DNA from: Pirellulales bacterium
Lineage (GTDB): Bacteria; Planctomycetota; Planctomycetia; Pirellulales; JAICIG01
DNA: 64,000 nucleotides
NCBI GenBank assembly: GCA_040901675.1
Contig: JBBDYJ010000031.1
Coordinates: 25,220-89,219, forward strand
Direction: 5' to 3'
Shown: in pieces, positions 56,732-64,000 of the stretch
Layout of the letters: each line of letters starts with the position of its first letter
How positions within the stretch are numbered: the first letter of the stretch is position 1
Made by a program: the position numbers and the translations under genes
Notes under the pieces: model-generated
What the model was told of the DNA's origin: nothing
Databases searched by the model: none
The model's input: the letters and a program-made list of their open reading frames with translations, nothing else

Positions 56732-59700
56732 ATGCCGCCGGCTCGCACCACCCGCCGCCGATCCGCGTTGCCCTGGCTGCGTTGCCGCTCCGTCCGCGGC
56801 GTGTTGCCGCTCGCCCTGGCCTGGCTCGCCTGGGGTAGCGGGACCGCCCTGGCCGAAGTCCGCCCCGCGCCGGCCGCCAGGGAAGCAAGCGGCGGTCCGC
56901 TCTTCTCCGACGATGAAAAAAGCTTCTGGGCCTTCCAGCCGCCCGTCAAGCCGGCCGGACTGCCCCAGGTCCGCGAGCCGGCCTGGGGCAAGTCGCCAAT
57001 CGACTACTTCGTGCTGGCCGGTTTGGAGCAGCACGGCCTCCGGCCCGCCCCGCCCGCCGACAAACGGACGTTGATCCGCCGGGCGACCTTCGACCTGGTC
57101 GGGCTGCCTCCGGATCAGGCCGACGTGGAAGCGTTCCTGGCCGACGACTCGCCCGAAGCGTTTCACAAGGTCATCGATCGGCTGCTCGCCTCGCCCCACT
57201 ATGGCGAGCGCTGGGGCCGCCACTGGCTCGACGTGGCCCGCTACGCCGACTCCAACGGGCTCGACGAAAACCTGGCCTACGTCAATGCCTGGCGATACCG
57301 CGACTACGTGGTGGCGGCCTTCAACAGCGACAAGCCGTACGACCAGTTCATCGTCGAACAACTGGCCGGCGACTTGCTGCCGTCGAGCGGCATTCCGGCG
57401 GTGGATCACCAGCGCCTCGTGGCAACCGGCTTTTTGACGCTGGGGGCCAAGATGCTGGCCGAGGACGATCCGGTCAAGATGGAAATGGACATCATCGACG
57501 AGCAGCTCGACACAATGGGCGGCGCGTTGCTGGGGCTGACGTTGGGCTGCGCTCGCTGCCACGACCACAAGTTCGACCCTCTGCCCACGTCGGACTACTA
57601 TTCGCTGGCGGGCATCTTCAAAAGCACCCAGACCATGGACAACTTCCGCGTGGTGGCCCAGTGGCACGAGCGGCCGCTGGCCTCGGCCGACGAAATTGCC
57701 AGCGTCGAGGCCCATCGTGGGCAGTTGAGTGCCAAGAAGTCCGAGCTCGACGGCCGCATCGACCAGGCCAACCAGGCGATTGTCGCAGACGCTCGCCGCC
57801 GGGCGGGCGACTATCTGCGCTCGGTGGCCCGCCTCGAACGCCAAGGCCAACGCCCGGGGCCCCGGCTGGCCGGAATGGGCCAAGAGCCACCAGAGGGAAC
57901 GCTGTTGTTCGAGGCCGAGAAGTTCGACCGCGGCAACGTGAAGATCGACTTTGAGACTTACGGCGCCATGATCGGCGTCGTTTATAACCAGGGACAATTG
58001 CCCAACGTGGCGGAATACGATTTCGAGCTCCCGGCCGCCGGCGTTTTCCAGGTCGAGCTTCGCTATGCGGCCGCCGAACCGCGGCCCGTGCAATTGCTGC
58101 TCGACGGCGTCGTCGTCCAGCCCGAGGCGGCCAACCAGGCGACCGGTTCGTGGCAGCCGGCCCAACAGGCCTGGTTCGCCGAAGCAGTTTGCCGCCTGCC
58201 GGCCGGCAAGCACACACTGCGGCTCCAGCGCGACGGGCCGTTTCCCCACTTCGATCGAGTGGCGCTGGTGCCGCTCGAAGACGGGGAAGCCGCTGCCCCG
58301 TACACGACGCCCGCCGAGCTGGCCCGCGAGCTGGGCTTGAATCACGCCGTCCTGGACCAGTGGTCGCAGTACCTGCTCGCCGTCCGGGGGGATCCCGCTT
58401 CCGCCTGGTCGATCTGGGCCGCCGCGGGCGGCCGCCACCCAGCATCCGCCGAGAAGCAAGGAACCGAGGCCATCCCCCTTGCCGTGGCCCTGCTCGCTGA
58501 CCCACAACCCCAGGGCGAAGAGGAGCTCGTCGAGCGCCTCGCGCGGTTGTTCGAGTCCGCCGAACAGGCGGTCGAGCAGCCCGCCGTCGGGCGGGCCGGA
58601 GAGACGAGCGAGAAGGAACCGGCCTTGACGGCCCCGGCGCTCCAGGCGCTGCGGCAGATCCTGCACGACCCTGCCGGCCCTTGCCGGCTGCCGGACAAGC
58701 CGGAACGATTCTATCCGGCCGACGTGGCCAAGGAGCTGGAGCTTCTGCGCGGCGAGCTGGCGGCGATCGAGCAGCAGGCGCCCCCGGAGCTTCCGGCCGC
58801 GATGGCCGTGGAAGAAGGCCAGCCCAATGATCTCCGCATTCACGTGCGTGGCAGCCACCTGGCCTTGGGCGCTGCGGTGCCTCGCCGCTTCCCGCGGATC
58901 CTGGCGGGCGAAGATCAGCCGCCCTTGCCATCCGACCGCAGCGGGCGGTTGGAGCTGGCCCGTTGGATCACCCAGCCCGGCCACCCGCTCACCAGCCGGG
59001 TGATGGTCAACCGTATCTGGCGAGGGCATTTTGGCGATGCGCTGGTCCGCACGCCGGACAATTTCGGCAGGCTCGGAGACCGTCCGGCAAACCCCGCCTG
59101 CGCCAGGCTGCTCGATTGGCTGGCGGTCCGGTTCGTCGAAGAGGGATGGTCGGTCAAGGCGATGCACAAGCTGATCATGCTCTCGTCGACCTACCAGATG
59201 AGCTCGGCGTACAACGAAAAGGCCGCCCAGGCCGACCCCGACAACCGGCTCCACTGGAGAATGAACCGGCGGCGCCTGGAGGCCGAGGCGATTCGCGATT
59301 CGATCCTGGCGGCCGGCGGCACGCTCGACCTCGCCATGGGCGGCTCGCTGTTGGGCGCCAAGCCGCGGGAGTATGTGGCGGGCACGGCCAGCGTGAACCT
59401 GGCCCGCTACGATAGCCAGCGCCGCAGCATCTATCTGCCGGTGATCCGCAGCGCCCTGTACGAGGTCTTCCAGGCCTTCGACTTCGCCGAACCGAGCGTG
59501 CTCAACGGCAACCGGGCCAGCACCACGGTGGCTCCACAGGCCCTGTTCATGATGAACAGCGGCCTGGTCGACGATGCCACCCACAAGATGGCGGCCGGCC
59601 TGCTCGCCCGACACGACTTGGACGACGCCGGCCGGGTCGAGTCGCTTTACCAGCGCGCCCTGAGCCGGCCCGCGCGCCCCGACGAGGTTCAGCGCGGACT

Positions 59701-59827
59701 ACAGTTCGTCGAGCGCGTCCAGGCCGCTCTCGCCGTCGAGACCGATGAGCTGCAGCGGCGATTGCACGCTTGGCAAAGCCTCTGTCGCGTCGTTATGTCT
59801 ACCAACGAATTCATCTACATCGAATGA
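56732..59827 (+). CDS. DUF1549/DUF1553 (PSCyt2/PSD1) protein with an inserted carbohydrate-binding-like module
   Basis: WAFQP, YGERWGRHWLDVARYADS, CARCHDHKFDP, RVMVNRIW, RRLEAEAIRD; FEAEKF..VELRYAA..GKHTLRL insert. Confidence 0.92.
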   Translation: MPPARTTRRRSALPWLRCRSVRGVLPLALAWLAWGSGTALAEVRPAPAAREASGGPLFSDDEKSFWAFQPPVKPAGLPQVREPAWGKSPIDYFVLAGLEQHGLRPAPPADKRTLIRRATFDLVGLPPDQADVEAFLADDSPEAFHKVIDRLLASPHYGERWGRHWLDVARYADSNGLDENLAYVNAWRYRDYVVAAFNSDKPYDQFIVEQLAGDLLPSSGIPAVDHQRLVATGFLTLGAKMLAEDDPVKMEMDIIDEQLDTMGGALLGLTLGCARCHDHKFDPLPTSDYYSLAGIFKSTQTMDNFRVVAQWHERPLASADEIASVEAHRGQLSAKKSELDGRIDQANQAIVADARRRAGDYLRSVARLERQGQRPGPRLAGMGQEPPEGTLLFEAEKFDRGNVKIDFETYGAMIGVVYNQGQLPNVAEYDFELPAAGVFQVELRYAAAEPRPVQLLLDGVVVQPEAANQATGSWQPAQQAWFAEAVCRLPAGKHTLRLQRDGPFPHFDRVALVPLEDGEAAAPYTTPAELARELGLNHAVLDQWSQYLLAVRGDPASAWSIWAAAGGRHPASAEKQGTEAIPLAVALLADPQPQGEEELVERLARLFESAEQAVEQPAVGRAGETSEKEPALTAPALQALRQILHDPAGPCRLPDKPERFYPADVAKELELLRGELAAIEQQAPPELPAAMAVEEGQPNDLRIHVRGSHLALGAAVPRRFPRILAGEDQPPLPSDRSGRLELARWITQPGHPLTSRVMVNRIWRGHFGDALVRTPDNFGRLGDRPANPACARLLDWLAVRFVEEGWSVKAMHKLIMLSSTYQMSSAYNEKAAQADPDNRLHWRMNRRRLEAEAIRDSILAAGGTLDLAMGGSLLGAKPREYVAGTASVNLARYDSQRRSIYLPVIRSALYEVFQAFDFAEPSVLNGNRASTTVAPQALFMMNSGLVDDATHKMAAGLLARHDLDDAGRVESLYQRALSRPARPDEVQRGLQFVERVQAALAVETDELQRRLHAWQSLCRVVMSTNEFIYIE

Positions 59828-59846
59828 CCCTGCCACGCGTGTCACC

Positions 59847-61283
59847 ATGAGCTGCAGTTGCCATCGATTCACTCCGGTGTTCACCCGCCGCGACATGCTG
59901 CGCACTTCGGCCGCCGGCTTTGGCGGCCTGGCGCTGGCCGGGCTGTTGGCCGAAGAGACACGCGCGGCCGGGGCGGCCGCCGGCGAAGACCCGCTCGCCC
60001 CGCGGGCCCCGCACTTCGTTCCACGGGCCCGCCGGGTGATCTTCTTGTTCATGCACGGCGGACCGTCGCAGGTCGACACCTTCGACTACAAGCCGCTTTT
60101 GAAGCGCGACCACGGCAAGCCCCTGCCTTTCGACAAGCCGAGAGTGGTCTCCAGCGAAACCGGTAACCTTCTGCAAAGCCCCTGGCGTTTCAGCCGGCAT
60201 GGTCAATGCGGCACGTGGGCCAGCGAGCTGTTCCCGCACGTGGCCGGCATGGCCGACGATCTGTGCATGATCAACTCCATGCACGGCTCGAACTCGCGGC
60301 ACGGCGGCGCGCTGTTGGAGCTGCACACCGGCAGCGATACTTTCGTGCGGCCCAGCATGGGCTCGTGGATCACTTACGGGCTGGGGACCGAAAACCAGGA
60401 CCTGCCCGGCTTCGTCACGATCTGTCCCACGCTGACGCACGGCGGCGTGAACAACTACAGCTCCGCCTTTTTGCCCGCGGTCTACCATGGCACGCCCTTG
60501 GGCAACGCCAGTGTGCCTGCCGAGCAGGCCAGAATCCCCTTCATCACCGCGGCCGGCGGCAGCCGCGGCGTCCAGCGGATGGAGCTCGACCTCGTGCGCC
60601 AGATCAACCGGGAGCAGCTCGCCACGACCGGCCCCGACGCGGCCCTGGAAGGGCGGATCGATGCGTTCGAGCTGGCCTTCCGCATGCAGGCGGCCGCCCC
60701 CGAGTTGCAGGACATCTCGGACGAGACGGCGGCCACCTTGAAGCTGTACGGCCTGGACAACGACAAGACCCGCAACTTCGGCCGGCAGTGTCTGATGGCC
60801 CGCCGTTTCGCCGAGCGTGGCGTGCGTTTTATCCAGGTGACGCACAGCTACAAGTGGGACCAGCACGGCGACCTGCGGCGCGACCACGCCTCCAACGCCC
60901 TGGAAGTCGACTTGCCGATCGCCGGCTTGCTCAAGGATCTCAAGTCGCGCGGATTGCTGGCCGAAACGCTCGTGCTCTGGGGAGGCGAGTTCGGCCGCAC
61001 GCCGACGGCGCAGGGCAACGACGGGCGCGACCACAATCCGCACGGTTTTTCGATGTGGCTGGCCGGCGGCGGAGTGAAGCCCGGCTTCCAGTACGGCGCC
61101 ACCGACGACTACGGCTACTATGCCGTCCGGGACAAGGTCCACTTCCACGACTTGCACGCCACGATGCTGCACCTGCTGGGGCTCGACCACACCCGGCTGA
61201 CCTACCGGCACGCCGGCCGCGACTTCCGCCTGACCGACGTCCACGGCCGCATCGTCGACGAGATCATCGACGCGCCTGCATAG
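59847..61283 (+). CDS. DUF1501 family (sulfatase-associated) Tat protein
   Basis: TRRDML, IFLFMHGGPSQVDTFD, WDQH, GEFGRTP, GRDHN. Confidence 0.93.
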   Translation: MSCSCHRFTPVFTRRDMLRTSAAGFGGLALAGLLAEETRAAGAAAGEDPLAPRAPHFVPRARRVIFLFMHGGPSQVDTFDYKPLLKRDHGKPLPFDKPRVVSSETGNLLQSPWRFSRHGQCGTWASELFPHVAGMADDLCMINSMHGSNSRHGGALLELHTGSDTFVRPSMGSWITYGLGTENQDLPGFVTICPTLTHGGVNNYSSAFLPAVYHGTPLGNASVPAEQARIPFITAAGGSRGVQRMELDLVRQINREQLATTGPDAALEGRIDAFELAFRMQAAAPELQDISDETAATLKLYGLDNDKTRNFGRQCLMARRFAERGVRFIQVTHSYKWDQHGDLRRDHASNALEVDLPIAGLLKDLKSRGLLAETLVLWGGEFGRTPTAQGNDGRDHNPHGFSMWLAGGGVKPGFQYGATDDYGYYAVRDKVHFHDLHATMLHLLGLDHTRLTYRHAGRDFRLTDVHGRIVDEIIDAPA

Positions 61284-61461
61284 GTGCGCGGTGTGAGTAC
61301 GCTTAGCCTTCTCGTCTCAAGTCGCCCGGCATGTTCTACCGATCAGGTAAGAGATAGCGGATACGGCGGTTCTTCCGTCGCTTCGCCCAGATCACCGAGA
61401 CTACCCAGCGTTGCCCTCCTGCGCCGCTAAAATCTCCAAGCAACTTCCAAGAGCCGTCTCC

Positions 61462-62295
61462 ATGTACCAGACCTACTGGGGCTTGCGTGCAAACCCCTTC
61501 GGCAATCGCCTCGACCCGGACCATTATTATCCGGCGCCGACGCACGACGAAGCGCTGGCCCGGCTCGACTACCTGGTCGACAGCCAGCGGCGGCTGGGCC
61601 TCGTGATTGGCCCGGCCGGCTGCGGCAAGTCGTATGTGCTCGAGGTTCTGGCGCGGCAGCTCGCCCGCAAGGCGGTCTGCCTCAGTCGTCTCAGCTTGTT
61701 GGGCATCGAGCCGGCGGAAATGCTCTGGCGAATTGCCGCTCAGTGGGGACTCGACCCCCGTCCCTCCGACACGCCGTATGACTGCTGGCGCGCACTGGGC
61801 CAGCGCCTCATCGAGCACCGTTGGCAAGGCATTCGATCGCTGCTGCTGCTCGACGACGCGGGTCAGGCCGCTCCCGAGCTGCTCTGGCAGGTCTGCCGGC
61901 TGGTGCGCTCCGCCCAGGTCGATCGCGCCGGCTTGACCATCGTGCTGGCGTCCCGGCCCAAGGAGGTCAAGCGCCTGGGAGCCCGCTTGCTGGAGCTGGC
62001 CGAGTTGCGGATCGAAGTCGAACCTTGGGATCTGACCGATACGGCGGCCTATCTCGACCATGCCCTGGCCAGGGCCGGTCGGGCCGAGCCGATCTTCGAT
62101 GCCGACGCGGTTGTGCGGCTGCACGAACTGTCCGCCGGGGCTGTCCGGCGTATCGAGCTCTTGGCCGATCTGGCCCTGCTGGCGGCGGCCGGCCGCGGGC
62201 TGCCCGGAGTCGATGCCGACACCATCCAGGGCGTCTACGAGGAGCTGGGCTTCATGGACCAGGCGATCCAGATCGGCCGCTCCGCCCTCCGTTGA
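61462..62295 (+). CDS. ExeA-like AAA ATPase
   Basis: YWGLRANPF, HDEALARL, Walker A GPAGCGKS, LLLDDA. Confidence 0.88.
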   Translation: MYQTYWGLRANPFGNRLDPDHYYPAPTHDEALARLDYLVDSQRRLGLVIGPAGCGKSYVLEVLARQLARKAVCLSRLSLLGIEPAEMLWRIAAQWGLDPRPSDTPYDCWRALGQRLIEHRWQGIRSLLLLDDAGQAAPELLWQVCRLVRSAQVDRAGLTIVLASRPKEVKRLGARLLELAELRIEVEPWDLTDTAAYLDHALARAGRAEPIFDADAVVRLHELSAGAVRRIELLADLALLAAAGRGLPGVDADTIQGVYEELGFMDQAIQIGRSALR

Positions 62296-62544
62296 CCGAA
62301 ATCCTGCCCCGTATCCGTTCAGCGCTCACCTCGGCCGGTGTCCGCCCCCGGCTTCTCCGGACGGCCAAGATCGGCCATCCTGCGGCGAAGTACCATGGCC
62401 CGGCCCCTCACCTGCTCTGGTAATGTTCCAGGTGGACATTAGAATTACTTGGTTCAGCCGCAGCCGCGAGTCTTGGTCCATGGCCGCGGGCACGTCGGGT
62501 GTGCCGTCGCCGTCTTTGCCGTCTTCGTGGTTTGTTGAGGGAGC

Positions 62545-63207
62545 ATGGCCAAATCATCGAACCCCGCCGAGTCAGCCGCCCAGGGTGCACGTGCCATTGA
62601 CGGCGCGCCGGCGGCGCTGCCGGAGGTCGAGCTCAAGGACCCGGTAATGGCCGTGGCGCTGGCATGGCTGATTCCCGGCCTGGGCCATTGGTACCAGGGC
62701 CGCCGCAGCAAGGCGTTGTTGTTCTTCGTCTGCATCATGGGCACGTTCATCTACGGGCTGTACCTGGGCGAGGGGCGGGTGGTGTATGCCTCGTGGCGGC
62801 CCAACGACAAGCGGCTCCCCTTCTTGTGCCAGATGGGCGTCGGTGTGCCGGCGATCACTGCCGTCGTGCAGGCCCGCCGCGACAACCCCATTCCGTTCCC
62901 CGGTCACTTCATGGTCCCTCCCAAGATCGACGAAGACCGCCAGTTCGGGGCGGGAGACGAGCTCGACCAGCTCCAGAAACGGCTGCACCGCTTTTGGGAG
63001 TTGGGCACCGTCTACACTATGATTGCCGGCCTGCTGAACATCCTGGCGATGTACGACGCCTGGGGAGGGCCGGCCTTCGTCGTTCCTCCGCAGAAGGCGA
63101 AGAAGGACGACGAACCGGAGCCTGGCGACGCGGGGCAATCGGGCGCGGCAAAGCCCTCGGGGGGCGGTACAGGGGCCTCGGGAGGCGGTACGGGGGGTGG
63201 TGGATGA
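62545..63207 (+). CDS. Membrane protein (DUF6677/TM2-like)
   Basis: LAWLIPGLGHWYQG; ELGTVYTMIAGLLNILAMYDA. Confidence 0.8.
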   Translation: MAKSSNPAESAAQGARAIDGAPAALPEVELKDPVMAVALAWLIPGLGHWYQGRRSKALLFFVCIMGTFIYGLYLGEGRVVYASWRPNDKRLPFLCQMGVGVPAITAVVQARRDNPIPFPGHFMVPPKIDEDRQFGAGDELDQLQKRLHRFWELGTVYTMIAGLLNILAMYDAWGGPAFVVPPQKAKKDDEPEPGDAGQSGAAKPSGGGTGASGGGTGGGG

Positions 63208-63422
63208 TCGGCGACGCGCTGCTGCTGGGCCTGCTCTTGGCTCGGGTCAATCATCTCTGGTTTGCTTTGCCGTTGATCGTGGTCGTCAGCCTGGTTTACG
63301 CGGCCACGCGGCACGAGCAGATGGACCAGATCGGCATCGGCGCCCTGCGGATCGGCGCCTGGATTTCCGCCTTCATGCTGGTGGTCTTCGCCGTCCTCGT
63401 CCTCGTCTCCTCCCTCGTCTAA
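63204..63422 (+). CDS. Small membrane protein
   Basis: ATGA coupling; LIVVVSLVYAATRHE; hydrophobic helices. Confidence 0.75.
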   Translation: MIGDALLLGLLLARVNHLWFALPLIVVVSLVYAATRHEQMDQIGIGALRIGAWISAFMLVVFAVLVLVSSLV

Positions 63423-63450
63423 CATTGGCACCCGCCTGAAATTCCGCTCG

Positions 63451-64000
63451 ATGAAGAAAAGCGCCAGCCATCGTCCGGTCCACTTCCGGCTGCCGCTGCT
63501 GCCGGCTTGTTGCACTCTGCTTCTTTGGACCTGGGCAGCCGTTGTCGCAGGCGGAAACGACGAGCCGGACCGTCCCTGGCGTTCCTTGCCCCTGTTCAAC
63601 GACGGCAAAGTGGATCAGGACTGGATCCATGTCGGATGGGGCGGCTTTGTCGTTGATGGCGACAGTCTGCGCACGCAGTGTGACGAGAAGGGAATGGGCC
63701 TTCTCTTGTACAAGAAGGAGCAATTCGGCGACTGTCAGATCCGCGTCGTTTACAAATCGAAGGATGCCAAGTCCAATGCGGGCGTCTTCGTGCGGATTGA
63801 CAGCGGCATCCTGGAGCGAGTGAAAGACAAGCCTGCGGCCGTCCGCCGGAGCCAAGAGGGGGAACTTTCGAGTGAGTCGTTGAAGGCGTTGATGGAGAGC
63901 TCCCAGCAGGAACAAGGGCCCTGGTATGCGGTGCACCACGGCTACGAGGTCCAGATTTGCGACGAGAGCGACGAGTTCCACCGCACGGGGGCCATCTACT
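63451..64000 (+). CDS. DUF1080 (3-keto-disaccharide hydrolase-like) secreted protein, truncated by the window end
   Basis: Manual translation, not in the ORF track: PLFNDG..W..SNAGVFVR..GYEVQI..RTGAIY. Confidence 0.85.
   Translation, partial: MKKSASHRPVHFRLPLLPACCTLLLWTWAAVVAGGNDEPDRPWRSLPLFNDGKVDQDWIHVGWGGFVVDGDSLRTQCDEKGMGLLLYKKEQFGDCQIRVVYKSKDAKSNAGVFVRIDSGILERVKDKPAAVRRSQEGELSSESLKALMESSQQEQGPWYAVHHGYEVQICDESDEFHRTGAIY

Noticed and set aside
56460..56732. tRNA-anchored genomic island
   Set aside because: No integrase and no duplicated tRNA 3' end in the window
61462..62295. Type II secretion system locus
   Set aside because: Only a lone ExeA-like ATPase; no other gsp genes

Overview
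GC-rich bacterial chromosomal window, very probably from a Planctomycete (planctomycete extracellular 'RLEGLEARKLLA' leaders, DUF1549/1553 + DUF1501 pair, 'RFSLRGLL' motif protein, DUF1080). Recognisable content: glgE-treS/mak-glgB divergent from treZ, dnaE, tRNA-Arg(UCG), an MscS channel, an unusual 2-oxoacid dehydrogenase pair (E1alpha-E1beta-lipoyl fusion plus lipoyl-less E2), a BlaI/BlaR1 pair with operator, an M.PvuII-like N4-C methyltransferase with a dissimilar PD-(D/E)xK partner, an IS200-like Y1 transposase in a palindrome cluster, a RAYT-like remnant, REP-like repeat families and many secreted hypothetical proteins. Main leads: (1) three unrelated gene leaders share a promoter - hairpin - GGC-nAnGnnn-GCC - intrinsic terminator architecture, a candidate undescribed antitermination regulon, with a sigma54-driven orphan ANTAR regulator in the same window; (2) apparent absence of CAGCTG across 64 kb next to a PvuII-like methyltransferase; (3) an uncharacterised three-gene secreted module at 20.2-23.7 kb. 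All calls were made by eye; no searches or computations were run, and start codons were adjusted by hand where noted.
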